Assembly (NCBI RefSeq): GCF_000002075.1 | Contig: NW_004797272.1 | Coordinates: forward strand, 4,313,839-4,377,838 | Reading direction: 5' to 3' | DNA: 64,000 nucleotides | Source: Aplysia californica | Lineage: Eukaryota | Part shown: in pieces, positions 1-14,522 of the stretch | How positions within the stretch are numbered: the first letter of the stretch is position 1 | How the letters are laid out: every line of letters starts with the position of its first letter | The notes under the pieces: model-generated | Told to the model about the DNA's origin: nothing | What the model saw: only the letters and a program-made list of their open reading frames with translations | Databases searched by the model: none | Made by a program: the position numbers and the translations under genes

Positions 1-351
1 ACCCGACCTGCGAACCGGCCGATGCTATCGCTAGGCCCACCTGTATCTGTCAATGTGCGTAGTGCGAGGCCTGGGCGACTGCCAGCTACCCCTTTTTCTC
101 CCGTCGGCTTCGTCGGCACTTTCGTTTTTGTGCCGACCGCCGACGCGCGCACCGCCAACTGCCGACGTCGGCGTTTCCGACATAATTGTCGGAACCTAAG
201 TAGAAATGCGAATACGAAAAAGGACGACAACTTAAATTATCTACTTTCAGTTTCGTGCTCGAGCGGCCATTTTGAATTTCGTTTGTTGACTAATTCAATA
301 AAATTGTTCAGATCGTGTGGATTCATTTAAGTCCGACTCTCTTCTAATAGA

Positions 352-760
352 ATCTAGATCTAGGTCTAGATTTATATAGATCATTAAAGACCTTAAATGG
401 AGGATTCATATTCCAATTCTATTGTGTCAAACCCTATCATAGGTTGTGCTGTAATATTAATATTGTACTAAAAATAAGCATTTCACCAGGTGCGTGAAAT
501 ATTTATTTATTTAGATCTAGATCTAGATCTAGAATCTAGACTCAGCTGAGTCCATCTGTTCGGAATCGGATGCGGATTTCTAGTTCAAGGCCTATTCCTA
601 TTCACTTGTTCTACAAGATCTAGATCTAGATCTAGATTTATTATTTAGATTACTAGATCTAGATCTATATGGAGGATTCATATTCCAATTCTATTGTGTG
701 GTTGTATCAAACCCTATAGCCTATAGCAATGTAGATGTAAGCCATATAGATCTAGATCTA
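352..760. repeat. (TAGATC)n palindromic microsatellite clusters plus a ~45-bp direct duplication
   Basis: Runs at ~352-370, 512-540, 616-668, 748-760; ATGGAGGATTCATATTCCAATTCTATTGTGT at ~397 and ~669. Confidence 0.85.
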
Positions 761-1518
761 TATGCTCCTTGTTTGTTTTGGAGTGTGGTTTTTTTATTAA
801 AATTTTTTTTTTCATTTAGGACTTGTTTTGGCCTTTTTACATGAGGCCCGCACCATTGCAGGTTCTTTTTGGGGGTAGAGTTAGGGTTAGGTCTCTTCTT
901 TATTGTGTTTGTTGGGGTGGTCGCTCGTTACTTGGATGTCCTTCCTTATGACACCCACAAAGGCTTTTTTTTTGGGGGGGGGGGGGTTGCGCAAAATTTT
1001 CAGACAATCTGGTTGAGGCTCACATGCAGGTCTAGTATATGCCTCTGGTCTTTTTGCCTCTTTCTCTTGTGAGCTGAACCGAGACAGCACTGAGAAGAAA
1101 CTGATGTTCTTCCAACACCATTCGACGGCTTTGTATGCTTGACTTTTCAAAATTGCATATGTCAGAGTCTTACACTAGGGAGTCATTTGGAAGAATTTAG
1201 CCTGTTGTCTACCACTAACAAGTCCTGTGCAGCACCAAGTGCTCACACACTCACGACAAAGGGTGACAATTGATCAAGCTTTACGGCCACTAGTCCACTA
1301 TCAACTTTCTTGTGATTTATATATATTTTTATCTTTAGTACCGAATCATTTAAATATTCAGCGGCTTACAGAAGGCTTCCTATGCTCATTTACTGTATTT
1401 GTTAGAGCCTTAAGTCCTTTGCATTCTTTTTTCCAATGTACAGACTTGTTTTGGTTTTGGGGTTTGTTTGTTTTTCTATTTATGCTCACTGCTCATTTTG
1501 ATTACACTTCCCCACCAG

Positions 1519-1621
1519 ATGTGTACAAAGGAACTTACAGAGGTCAACCAGTAGCTGCTAAACAGTTGAAAGACAGAGAAAGGGGTGGACAGTCATTTTT
1601 GCAAGAAGCTTCTGTTATGAC
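1519..1621 (+). CDS. CSK: Csk tyrosine kinase, internal exon (subdomains I-III); upstream exons lie outside the window
   Basis: ccaccAG|AT...AC|GTaagt; encodes (D)VYKGTYRGQPVAAKQLKDRERGGQSFLQEASVMT with the catalytic Lys and alphaC Glu. Confidence 0.92.
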
Positions 1622-2169
1622 GTAAGTGTTTATGATTGCTATATCTTTGATGGAAAGATTAGATTGTGGTTTAGAGATGCCACAATAAAAAACAACAACT
1701 TTGGACAAAAGAGAGAGATCAAACTTTTGCTTTTTATTTTTAAATGTTTCGGTTTCGTCTTTTTTTTTTTTTAACCACTGCATATGCTATTTTTAATGTC
1801 AACTCTTTTTTAAATCTTTTTATTGAATTTATTTTGTTTTTACATGTTCAGCTTCTAAGTATTTACATAGCAACTATTTGATAAAAGTTCTAGAGCCATA
1901 GCTCCGTTTCAGCTCTTGTGAAATTACAAATTAAATTGTCAGTTGGTCTACAAATAAATATCATGAGGTTTTGCATACTAATTGTTCTGTTTGAAAAAAG
2001 ACATCACGAGCCTGAATGCTATTGTGTACTAAAGCCAGTTTCCTACTTACGGGAGATTTTGTCACAACTGTTAAAGCTAGGAGAAAAATCTTCTCTTTGA
2101 GCCCAAAATTATTATGGTTAATGGCTACGCTCCGTTGAAATTCCTTATATTTATGTATTTTCTTCAGCA

Positions 2170-2320
2170 GATGGTTGGCAGGTGCTCTGGTGTGGCTTGC
2201 TCCTTCACATCCTTACCTCTCCTAATTTTTTTTTGGTGTGTTTGTTATACTGTCTTGTAACATCTCTAATCTTCAGCACTTATATGACCTTATTGTGTTG
2301 CAAGTGCCGTAAAACTCTTT
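2170..2320 (+). mobile_element. Retroposon (SINE) 3' fragment with the shared hairpin tail
   Basis: Similar to the minus-strand copies at ~8000-8150, 18200-18385 and 18900-19076; ends in ...ATATGACCTTA..GTTGCAAGTGCCGTAAAAC. Confidence 0.7.
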
Positions 2321-2488
2321 CTGAAGAAAAAGTTCTGTCTCGTGTCCAGCGTCTTGAATTCAGTGTTTCCAAAGTGATTAAAATGAGAAAGAAGGAGTTA
2401 GAACAAGACTTGATCTCCACAGGAACTGTTGTTATGGGCAAGAGAAAGGCTTCCTTCTTTCCGTAAGCTGGATGAGAAAGGCCTTTAA

Positions 2489-2737
<249 letters not shown>

Positions 2738-3223
2738 TAAGTAAAGGCCATTTGCGCCCCTTGACCGCATAGAATTTGTTGTTTTTGTTTTCGAATCCTT
2801 TTAGCTGCGAGCATTTCGCTCTTGGCAGCGCAATGCCTCCCTCAAGTAACTACATGTCCTTGATATGCATAGATTGTCCAAGTCAGAATAATTTGTATTA
2901 CAGACTTGGCATGTAGAATAGACAGTTACGCTATTTTGCAGGTTAGACTTGTTCCTAGGTCATCACTTTATTACTAAGTCATGCCGGCAATAATTTAGTT
3001 TTTGTTATTAGAGCATTGACATTTATGGGGGGGGGGGGGGGGGAGATAATATAGTTTGCAACTGTCACCATGACAGTCTTAGAGTAATGACATTTTAACC
3101 ATTATACTGTTGTGCTTTACTGTATACTTTTGTGTCCTATTAATGGTAGATGTTTAAAAAAAAATCTTGGCTAAATAAGGCCTTCAATATGTTTGCCTAA
3201 TCTTCTGTTTGTTTTACAGAAAT

Positions 3224-3317
3224 TTTAAAACTTTGCCATCATATTTTGGGGACAATCCTAAGAAACTGAGCGGTAGTAAACCTTGCCAATCGGCGAGATG
3301 AGGCGGCAAAGTGTTAA
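3224..3317. mobile_element. ~90-bp TTAA-flanked mini-MITE (piggyBac-like), copy 1
   Basis: TIR ACTTTGCC/GGCAAAGT(G) followed by TTAA; inverted near-identical copy at 30615-30702. Confidence 0.7.
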
Positions 3318-3500
<183 letters not shown>

Positions 3501-4413
3501 TGACTTGCATTTAAAAATAATTCACTGATATGGGGATGAAGGCACAGGTGTTGGGCTGCATGGTTTTTTTTACGGGAGACATGGCTTTTGATTCTTGCTC
3601 GAGAAGTCCTGTAAGTGCTAAAATATAGATTTTTTACTTTTTATATTACCTTTATGGTGAAATTTTTCTGAACGTACTGAAGTAGGTCCTGGACCAGTAA
3701 AATGATTAGCAAAGGAGTAAGAATATATCTGACCCTAATAAGATCGCAAAGTATATCAGAATATCTTAGTGTCGTGCCTTTGATCAAAATTTTTCAATAA
3801 AATCCTCACAGAAATATATTCTTAAATTGACATAAAAGGTGCTGAGCCAAAAAAAAAAAAAAAGCATAAAACCTGCCCAACAGGTAGGAAAATGTTGGGT
3901 TTCTCTGGTTTTATTATTTTGACGAGCTCCTGATTTCACCACGTTGCCATACAAGTGGTTCCGCTTATGTTAGTAGCTGGCTCCAGTAAGGCTTTACTGT
4001 TGTAAGCTCCCAAGCAGTAATTTTTTCTAGAGTCAAGGATTGCCTATTTCAATGGCAGTTGGAGCTCATTCTGGGAGCTCTGGTGATCAAATAATATATA
4101 GTTCCACAACTCAAGACAAACAAAAATGTGTTTTAACCATTTTTCCATTGCAGTTTTCATTTACATATATACAGTGGAAGGCTAAAACAGCACCTGGACA
4201 TGGATGGCTGATGCCTCTATAAATAAATCATTGTTGGTCATATACAGTGGAAACTGTTTAAAATGGCCACTCATTGTTGGGGGGGAAAGTGGCCGTTTTA
4301 GACAGGCAGCCATTTTACAGTGCCAGTGATTGTCTTATATAGGTGGCTGTTTAGAGCAGGTTTGATCGTATTTGACTTGTGCTTGAAATGTTCTCAATTT
4401 ACTTTTTCTCCAG

Positions 4414-4509
4414 GTGTCTGACTTTGGCCTGGCTAAATTTGGTGACTTCAGTTTATCTAGTCAGAGGTTTCCAATCAAGTGGACAGCCCCGGAGTCTTTA
4501 AGGAACAAT
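4414..4509 (+). CDS. CSK: Csk exon (DFG to APE)
   Basis: ctccAG|...|GTaaga; VSDFGLAKFGDFSLSSQRFPIKWTAPESLRNN; short activation loop without Tyr, a Csk hallmark. Confidence 0.94.
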
Positions 4510-4649
4510 GTAAGAAGATCTACTACATCAAGTGTATTGTGTTTGTTAAACGATTTTGTCTTTATTGTCTTAATAAGATATTGATCGCCTCAGTGTCTGA
4601 AGTAGACTGTCGAATAGTTCTGTGTGAAAGAAAAGAAAATTGATCTTAA

Positions 4650-4947
4650 CTCTTTTTCTCGGGCAAGCCGCTCCCCAGCGGCTCGCAGTCGGATCTGCTG
4701 TGCCAGTGAGCGGCTAACAGCAGCTCTGGCACATCCCTTTAAGACGACTCCAACATCAAATTACTTTTCAGCAATTGCCAAAAACAGGTCTCTTTTATCG
4801 GGATTTCATTCATTTGATGAAGAACTATCGAAATAGGTTCACTTATTTTGATTTAATTACCAATTTAGTGACATTTTCATCATTTTTAGATTGAGTACCA
4901 AAAAAGGGCCTCGGCATAGTGAGTTTACCCCCCATGGAGATAAAGAG
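4650..4947. mobile_element. piggyBac-like MITE
   Basis: TTAA at 4646 and 4948; TIR CTCTTTTTCTC / GAGATAAAGAG. Confidence 0.65.
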
Positions 4948-5057
4948 TTAATATACCAGAGAGTGAACACCTGCATGGAATATTCAAATCACCCTTTCCA
5001 ACAACCTGTGGCCTTGAGGTCATGCTGTCTGGATTAGAAAGCATCTCCCTCTTTCAA

Positions 5058-5505
5058 CTCACTCAATCCCTGGGGTTTCCCAGAAACGGGTCATTTGGGC
5101 ACCTATATATATGCCCACTAGTAACCACAAATATCATCCTATTGCTTTGACAATTTTTCACAAAGCACACCCTAAGATGGAACTTTAACCATGTCATATT
5201 TGAAGTAAGTAGCTTTAGTAGTTTTGCTTTGGTTGTTGTACAAACTGGGCAGTAAAAAAAAAAAAAATTTTGTGTGTTTTTTTTATTTGAGAATGAGCAA
5301 GAGCAAGCCAACATTGATCTTCAAACACACATGAGGCAGAATTGGCAGGGGAAATAATAAATTGACCTTATGTAAAACTTGAGCCCGCTTTCCGAAACGA
5401 AGTGATTTGTATACGGAACAAACTACAGAACCGAGTTATCTCGGTTGTGGGATTGAACGCAGACCATGAGCTGACCGAGATATCTCGGTCATGGGATTGA
5501 GTGAG
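5058..5505. mobile_element. piggyBac-like MITE
   Basis: TIR CTCACTCAATCCC / GGGATTGAGTGAG; flanked by TCAA and TTAA; subterminal ACCGAG..ATCTCGGT palindromes. Confidence 0.65.
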
Positions 5506-5609
5506 TTAAAACAGGTCAGCGGCAAAGCTTTTAGTCTCTGGTTTTGTTACTGACTCAAGGAAATATGCAGCTGTCATTCAAAATGTTGGACAGGAAATTG
5601 GCATATTAA

Positions 5610-5768
<159 letters not shown>

Positions 5769-6151
5769 TAAAGTGTATGTACTACTGCAAGGTCTTCTTT
5801 TGTCTGATTCTTGCGCAGCTAATGTGAATCGTTTTTTGTGGCAAATTCACCTAGACTGGTTTTAATTCTGTTGCTTTTATTTTTTTAAGCTGAAGGCTTA
5901 AGCAAAGAAGTGTCTGAGTAGACATGAAAGGTCCATGTGTGATGATATCTTAGCTGAGATGCAGCTTTCTCTAAAAATTGGCTACAAAGCATCTTTTCAG
6001 TTTATGGATGTCCCAGAGTAACGGAAGTGCCTTGGCTAGTCCTCATGTATTTTTATATCTGAATGGTATGTAAATAAAACCCATTTTAAACGTCTTACAA
6101 CCACACATTTTTCAAGATTGTGTGACAAGGTGTATTCTGTTGTGTTTTCAG

Positions 6152-6328
6152 CCATTAGCTGATGTTGTGATGCACGTTGAAAGGGGATACAGAATGGAAG
6201 CTCCGGAAGGATGTCCTGCTGAGATATATTCCATCATGAAACAGGCCTGGGAGATTCGACCTGAAGCCCGACCCACTTTCCATGAAGTTCTAGGAAGACT
6301 TGACCACTTGAGATCTGTTACTGTATAG
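6152..6328 (+). CDS. CSK: Csk last coding exon
   Basis: ttttcAG|PLADVVMHVERGYRMEAPEGCPAEIYSIMKQAWEIRPEARPTFHEVLGRLDHLRSVTV-TAG; no C-terminal regulatory Tyr tail. Confidence 0.94.
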   Translation, partial: PLADVVMHVERGYRMEAPEGCPAEIYSIMKQAWEIRPEARPTFHEVLGRLDHLRSVTV

Positions 6329-6557
6329 TCTTTTCCCCCCTTTCCCTTCCTCTAATATTTGCTTAACTATTTATAGAAAAGATTGGGGTGTATTCCATTT
6401 TTTTCTTGAGAGTGGAGCATAGGCTTGATGCAGTTTGCCATTTAGTTGTTGGATTTCATTTGAAGGGGTGCTTGCAAGTGATGGCTACAGTTGTTTAAAA
6501 TTTTTAGTTCAGAGGTTGATACATGTTTTGTGCTTTTGGTATAGCATAGACCTTGAT

Positions 6558-6559
<2 letters not shown>

Positions 6560-6612
<53 letters not shown>
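6560..6612. repeat. (AT)n microsatellite
   Basis: Perfect AT run; a second run lies at ~20772-20808. Confidence 0.95.
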
Positions 6613-6617
<5 letters not shown>

Positions 6618-9600
6618 GAAAAATCTAAAATTGCCTGTAATGTCAAAGGACAAAGAATTGTTCGAGAGTAACTGCAAGGTGTTTGCTGATGAACCAAACA
6701 AAAAGGCTTCTGTTATGCCCTTCAGTGTAGCATAAAATGTAACTCCTTGCAATGCCTCTGCATACTGTCAATTGTGCCTTAATTGGTAGAACATCATCTG
6801 AATCATATTGTAGTTTTTCTATTTCCACCAACTCTTGTCACTGCTGTTTGCTAAGTGCGACAAAAGTTATTTGTAAGACTGAACCAGAATGCTCTCCTCT
6901 TCTTACAGTGCAGCTCGGTTGGGGGAGGGGGGTTATTTTTGATAGCTGTAATTTACCTTTTTAGAAACTTAGTTTTACAGTTTAGATAGGTTAGGTAAGT
7001 GTCTTTGTAGGCCTTGTTCTTAGTTTCTGGTTGTTGTTTTTTTTTTCATCATTTAGTGAAATAGGGGTTGAAGTTTCTTCAGTCTGCCCTGATATGAAGG
7101 GTTATAGAAATGGAAAAGTTCTTACAGAGCTAAATTATGGAGTTTTTAATTATAATGCCTGATTTAATCGTCGTTTTTATCACTATTTAGACTATGTAAT
7201 GCTGCACGTTATTTGAATATCACTTATACAATATACTAAGACTGCCATGTCGGTCAGTAGACCTGAATGTACTTTGCATGACTGTATGTTTTGTTAGTAT
7301 TTTTTTTTTTTTTCAATGTCTAGAAAATAATTTTCTGCAGTACTTCCTTATGGTAGGCCTACCTGGGATTTTGAAGTGATTTTTCATTTTTAAAGAAAAA
7401 CTGTTTTAACTAATTTCTTGTTTCCCTGTAGTTATAGTTACTTCATAATTTTGATTCGTGTGAAATGTGGGTACAAACTCATTAAATAAGAAACCCACAG
7501 GAAGATTTTAAAAAAAAGATTTTCTTGTTTCTGACATGTAGATCTAGTATGGGATGACATGAATAGCTGATGTATTGGTCTGTGTGATTCGGTAAAAGTT
7601 CTCTTCACATGGACACGCGTCGTGTGGTATGGCATGTTTAAAGGTAGCATGACTTGAAATTTAGTTTGTGTGCACCCATGCTTTCTGGAGTGTTATAGCG
7701 AGTATTGTGAGGTATTATCGCCATGAAGTTATTATTCGGTCATATTTTCGTCATGAGTGTGTGTATTTGTGAAGGTATTGCAGCGTTACTCGGTATTAAT
7801 AGCAACAGTTTCAGGTATTTAAACATCCAATCAAGCTTCTAGGATTTCGCTGTAGCTATATCAATGGCAGTTTGCTTCAAATACTTCTGTGAATCTGTAT
7901 TCAAACAAACAGCAGAGGACTATGCTCTAGCTTTTTTAAAACTTAGGCCGGATGAACTGACTGAGGCGACAGACATGTGTGTGTGGTTTCTTTGTATTAC
8001 CGTTTTATGAGGAGTTTTACGGCACTTGCACACTTGCGACACGATAAGGTCATATAAATGCCGAAGATTAGAGGTGTTTCAAGAGAGTAACACTCAAAAA
8101 AGAAGTAGCGGAGATAAAAACGGTAGATGTTTGATAGGAAAGATGTATTACTGTATAGAACTTGTTTGTAACAATCACATATCATATTAAATTGTTGTTT
8201 CTATTTATCATGACTACTGGACTTGGCTCTATCAACTGCTTTCAGGAGATTTTGACTTACACTGATGTTTCAAAATTTCTTTACATTTGTACGAACACAT
8301 AATTTAGTTCAGTTCGAAGGACGCCATTTCTGGCAAGTTGTCTTTTTTTACTTTGAAATATGGGAATACTACTGTAATGTAATCTGAGTATTACAAAACT
8401 TTAGTGTAGGAACGTTGTGAACCCTACTGCCTTCATGTCTCGCTAAACTGTTCCCTGAAACAACAAGCAAAAAATACTCATTACTAACAGATCTGGTTGG
8501 TCTCGACTTGGCGTGTTCTTTCTTTTTCTTTTTCTGAAGTTCAAGTTAAGAGACAAGTGAAGAGACACTGTATTCCATTGGTTGGGACTGGATGTTTCCC
8601 ACCTGCCTATGTGCTTTTACTTACTCTGTTTTTCTTTCAGCACAGATTGTTGTTTTTTTGGACAAAGTACTTTCACCATATTTTTCTATGTGTATGATTA
8701 ATGTTGTTGACAGTACCAAGTTAGACTTGCCTATAATTCTTTCTTGAATTTTCCCATCTTTATCTGTATATATAACAAAATAAAATGCACAATCACTTTG
8801 ACAAAAGAAGAAAGGCCTAAGAAAAAATGGCTTATATCGCCACAGGTCAGTCAATCTAATGAAAATGCTTTTATAAAGTAATGGTTATGCTGAATAGGGA
8901 AAGGGTTGTTGGAGTCCAAGATAAAGTTAATCTTTCTGAAACAATGAACGTGAGTTCATTATGATGTAAACGCTATGTCCTTATTTTTGAGTATCCAATT
9001 CCCAGCAAATATCTTGAACTGGTGTTGATCCTAGTCTTTTTCCCCATAACCAATCCGCCTTTTCAGGAAAGCAGGAAAGGGGTAACTGAAATGCAATGTA
9101 AGGATGATGTTTGATTTGTAGCCTTGGGTTCGCTTGGTCTCCCTTTAAGCTTTATCAAGTTCATTGCAAGGATTTGGACCTGCAGCGTGTGTCATAAGCA
9201 ACGTTCCTCCCATTCTCCGTTATTATTATTATGTATTTTTTATTTTCTTGTGAGACAAACAGGTAATTGAATGTTTAGCCTTTTGATTAGTGTAGTTAAG
9301 TTACTGCTGACTAGGCTAGTGATTTGTGTGCTTCTCCAGTTAGAACCAAAGTAAAACCTGCTGTGGCTTCGATGTTGTCACTTCTAATGCACATTTACAC
9401 TTTATTTTTATTTTTACTTGGTCGTCATTGCTGGGCAGGGGATTTTTGCATGTCATAGTATTGTTTGCTCCTTCACATATCACACAATTCTGTAGAACTG
9501 TTCAGCCTGGTCAAACAGGTTTGTTTAACAGCTTTGGAACAGGTGTCCTTCCCAGTGTCCACCGCTCAAAAGTGCCAGCTACAGAACTGACTTTAAATCA

Positions 9601-12600
9601 TTGTTCCACTTTGTGGATGCTTGTTTCAAATATATACCTTTTTCTTATATGTATCTTGCTTATTAAGTTTTGACTTTTACAGCCTCCAAACTGTTATTTG
9701 ATCAGCTCGTTTTTACCATTATTATTAATAGTAATGTTTGCGGATAACTTCTGAACATTTTTTTAAAAAATAAACGTACATTTTCTTGAAACAATGTTTT
9801 TTCTTGAGTGGAAATACATTTTCGGAAAAGCTTTATACTTCCTTACAATGGAAGTAACAAAAGTTTTGATTTTACTATAACAACATTAGGTAAAGGTTGG
9901 GATGTAGGTGGTAGATATGTACGACAAGTGATGAAGATAAAGAATGTGAGAAACTTGTCATCTGTATAGACTCGTGATATTAATGGAGAGAGAGGGGAGT
10001 TTGGAACAGAAGTCATAGATGACACGTTTGTGTCACACACCCCAATTGTCCTGACAGGGGTTGGTCTTTTTCAGCTTGTGGAAAGTACAGAGACTGCCAA
10101 GTGTGACTTGTTACAAGCTATTTCAGTAGTTCGGAACAGCAATCTTTTCATCAATTGACCAATTTTAAGTCTTCAGAACCATGTTTCTTTTCAACTGTTA
10201 TCAAGGAAGAATATTGTTGGAAGAGCAATCGTGACTGGTAGCTTGCATTCTGCAGGGTTTACCTCAGTTTTTGTTTAGGAATAACTTGTAATTGAATTGC
10301 CTGAACTAAATTTTTTTAAACCATCAGAGTTAAAATTTTTAGAAAGAAGATAAAGAAAATAAATCCCTATCTACACATTATGTACATTTTGTTTTCCCTG
10401 ACAATTTTCATTTGAAGATGAATGGTTGGACAACAGGTTTTACTTGTCTTGTTGCTTCTTCCATCTGGCTTGAATTGCCATTTTTTTCATATAAATGTGT
10501 ATTTGCATGAAATCTTGGCTAATATTTTTAAAATTTAAATGTTCATTCTACTGTGGTGAGCTTGTTTGACTCTTGGAGTATGTCTGTCAATGTGGGCATG
10601 TAGATCTTGGTTGTGCTAATTTCTTTGTACTTGGCCCAAGTGATGAAATGGGATAACAATTCACCACTCAGTATTTAATTCCTGTACAGTACGTGTGAGC
10701 ATGGCAGAGGATGAATGATGAAAAAAAAAAGACACCCTGAAGTGTACAAGTTTTTTGTCCTGTCTGCTCTGTTTTGTCTTTGTGAAAGATCACAATGGCT
10801 CATGAACCTGAATGTGTGTGTGTAAGGTTTGGGATGTTTTCCATACATGTCAAAGTTTATGTGTGCTGGAACCACTTTTGTACAATATTTAATGTCATTT
10901 TTGTACATTTAACGTTAAAATTGTATATCTTGATCAGTTCCAGATTTTGTTGTTTTTGAACACCCTGGGTTTTAAAAATATTTCTTTGCTATATAAAATC
11001 TTTTATCTACATATACTTGAATATGTCAGTATAATGCATAAGTGGTAAAACCAAAATAGTTATCTTTTATGAAACGCTATTGTCACTATGTACGAATTAC
11101 TGTGAGTTAGAATTTGATTTATGAAAAGGGACTACAATTTCAAGCTGATATAACTAACAGATGACTATTATCAGAAAAATGTTTAAAATTTTGTGATTGC
11201 AATTGCTCTCTGTGATTATCTTTGAGTGAAATACGTATTTAGGAAGTTGATTATGCAATGTATGAAAAATGCCACTGGAATTCAAGACAAATTTAGGAGT
11301 TAAGCCATATTGTTAAGTGTTTCGGCATACTATTTTTTTTTTCTACTTCAATCATTGCACTGGGAGCAGTGTTGTAATATTTTATATTTGTTAATGTTCT
11401 CTTTGTTCTTTTGTAATCAACATGGATTGACTGAGTATAAAAATATAATGAACAAATCAATAAATATTTTTATTTTAGAGTATGGCTACCGAATTACATC
11501 ATGTAAAGAAGTGTTGGAATTTGTAAGGTTACAATTAAGAAGGCCATGGAATAATTTTACAAATACAGTCCTGGAAGTTTGAATTTTTTTATTTTTAATA
11601 TAGACATATGCTCCTCTCTCATTATGGTTGCCATAAAATGGTACTTGTGAAAACTTTTGTTATACACACGAAAGCAGCCATGTGTATAAAATGCTTCTGA
11701 CATCCTTAAAGTATTTGCCGTACCCGCGAAAAGCAAAACATGCTCAAGTGAGTTGTTTTGTCTCTAAATAATTACAAAACATACAGTCATTTACAGCGGG
11801 GAAATTTTGGTCTTTATAGACCAGAGAAAGTCTCATCTGATTTCTGAATATAGAACTGGATTATGTTGTGGGGATTTTTTTTTTTACGAGTTCATTTTGT
11901 GAAACTTGGTGTGAACTGTTTCATTTTGTCTCAATTACGTATTATAAAGAAGGAATGTTGAAATCTGTTGCATGCGGTACTTAACACATATTTGCATGTT
12001 AGACTGGTGGTGGTTAATGAAGCACTTAATGTTTGTTTTGAAATTAGATATGTCCGTAAATCTTGTGATGAGGAGTTTCGTTTCTTTCCTTTTTTTCAAA
12101 ACGTGTTTTCTTCCACCATGTGGGTTGTTGGAAGGTGCTGCTGGGTGATTGTTCCTCTTTTGCTACCACTCTGTTGTTTGTGTCCGCCTGTCTCACCCCC
12201 GCCGCCCCGCAACATATATGACCATTGTTGTGCCGATATGATATGCTTCTCTGTAAGTTTAACTCAAACAAACAAATCTTCCAATATGATATGAGTGTCA
12301 TAAAGTTGCACAACAACTATATGTTGAATACGTATTCAGCTGTGTGTGTTCAAAGCATGTAAATCAAATTCACTTAAAACGTTTTGACATTAAATAAGTT
12401 TGTGAGAATTGTTAAATGAGAGAGAGCAGATCAGAATTCTGATGCACCTGGTAAAGATAAATGAGGGTGTAATGAACGAGATGAGCAGTTTGATAAGAAA
12501 ATGGAGGTTTCATGTAGATTTAGTTTAGATGCTGAAATTCTGTCAAAAGTATTTTGGTTGTTTTTCTGTGTTTTTCGTGGATCTTGGCGTGGTTTATGTG

Positions 12601-13482
12601 TTGAATGTTGTTTATCAAAGACTGATGAATACCATTTGAGATACTCGTAACTTCTTTGAGTGAAGAATAAATGAAAAGAATGTAGTTATAAATATTGTCA
12701 GGAATCTGTCTTTAGGTGGCTCATATGATAAATAGTGTGAAAACTTGCACAATTGTTTTTGTATTATCAAATGTAGCTTGATTAAAGTTTTGTCTATATA
12801 ACCATCTGCATATGGGTGTCTGTTCGTTATAAAGCATCCACAGGAACTGTGATCTCTAAACCAATTACTTTTGATGAGCGCAGTTGGTACGACATCCCGC
12901 AAACAATATATAAATAATGAAAAAGACCCACAGTAGAACATGTAATACATATACTCGTTTCACTAGTGTTGCTTTTGTTCTTTTTAGCTAAAGAACAGTA
13001 TGGTGCAGATTTATTTATCATAGTTATGCAGGTCTTTGTGACTGTTCTTTGAAATATACATTTGGGTAATTGAAAATACTCTTGAGACAGTGTTGTAGTA
13101 ATGGGTCTGGGCAAAGATCTGTTTTTTTTCTCAGTAGGTTTAGATCTACTTTTTTCCCCCATTGTCATTTTTTGACATTTTTATTATTATATTTTTAAAA
13201 ACTTGTTTTATATGACATTGCAAGTGCTGAACTTTTTTTTGAACTGCCAGTTGTGAACAGTGCCCAGTACTCACTGGCTTTCCCCTGGCTACAGTAGTGC
13301 TCTAACAGCACAGTTAGTAGACATTGCTTTATGGTAGTAGCTTCTATAATAGACCTTTGTTGTCTTTTAGTGAGCAGAGAATTTCTTACTGTGTGCCAGT
13401 ATGTCAACCACAAAGATGCCAAAAGTGTCATATGTTTGAGATTTATGAAACACGTTTGTGACTAGATCTGTTCACTCTGTAC

Positions 13483-13797
13483 CAGGGGTTACCAAACTGT
13501 GGTCCACGGGCCAGATCCAGCCAGCAAGGTTTGTTCATCTGGCCCGCCACCATGCAGGGGAAAATATTTTGACAATGTGTAGCATGCTCAAAACTTGGTC
13601 AGGTCACTAATGTAATTCAATGATTTGATTGAACTCTACGGTGCAAATTTAACATGCTTTTATAGAGTTCATTACTTTTAGCTAGTGTATCACACTCTTT
13701 CACTGATTTGATATGGCAAAATTTTTCAGTAAAAATGCCCACCCTCAGTATTCTCTCAGTTATCCAGTCCACTTTAAAAAATGTTTGCCAACCCCTG
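13483..13797. mobile_element. hAT (Charlie-like) non-autonomous element
   Basis: CAGGGGTTACCAAAC...GGCCCG left end and GTTTGCCAACCCCTG right end; TSD degenerate. Confidence 0.65.
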
Positions 13798-14296
13798 ACC
13801 CTAGACCATCTAATAAATTGGCTGTTATACATGTGGTCTTCTCTATTGAATATTGCTACCTTAGAATTACAAAGTTCTATCTGATCAGCACTTAGTTTTG
13901 AGAAATTTAACATTTACAATTTTTTGGGGTTTCACACATGTAACAAGTTTTTTCGTCTGCAGTTCTTTGAATATCTTTATAACGCTTCCGAATATCCTTA
14001 CAATTTTGATAAAGTAGATAGAACATTTAGTTTCTGACCTCATGGTCTTAGTAGATCAAAATGGCCCAAAATGTCAGATACAACTTTCTCATTTTAAGGT
14101 AGTGATGTGTCACCGGCACCTTCCCTTAAGTGAAGGGCCCAAGGATGGGAATCTTCTTAGGTCAGACTGACGCTCAGCGTGACTTCTTCCAGTAATGAGA
14201 CAAACACTCTACAAATGCTGTTTTTTTAATTGAAATATATGTCACTGCTACTTGAAATAAGGAAAAAGTAAATATCTGTAGAACTTCTGAGATTAA

Positions 14297-14522
14297 GGGG
14301 CCAGCAGTTGTGGTGAAATGGTTAGGCCCTTCACTGTTGCACTCAAAATATGTGAGTTCAAATCCCATCTATGGGAAAGTTATTTTGTTGAATATCTGTC
14401 TCTCTGTTGGGATGCTGTATGCCATACAGCCCAGGTTGACCCTGACTGGCAAGATCAAAGCAGCCTGCCCCGAAATAGTGTAAATTGTGTTAATGCAGGC
14501 GCGAAGCATTTACAATCAAATC
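14297..14522 (+). mobile_element. tRNA-derived SINE, family 2 (second copy at ~17812-18000)
   Basis: A box TGGTGAAATGG and B box GTTCAAATCC; body CTGTCT..CTG..GGGATG..GTAT..CAGCCCAG shared with the 17812 copy. Confidence 0.6.

Noticed and set aside
6680-6720. Hammerhead ribozyme core (CTGATGA); also at ~12623, 32893 and 55530
   Set aside because: No correctly spaced GAAA or supporting stems were seen
6435-6752. ORFs with YIYIYI runs
   Set aside because: Translation of an (AT)n microsatellite in the Csk 3' region
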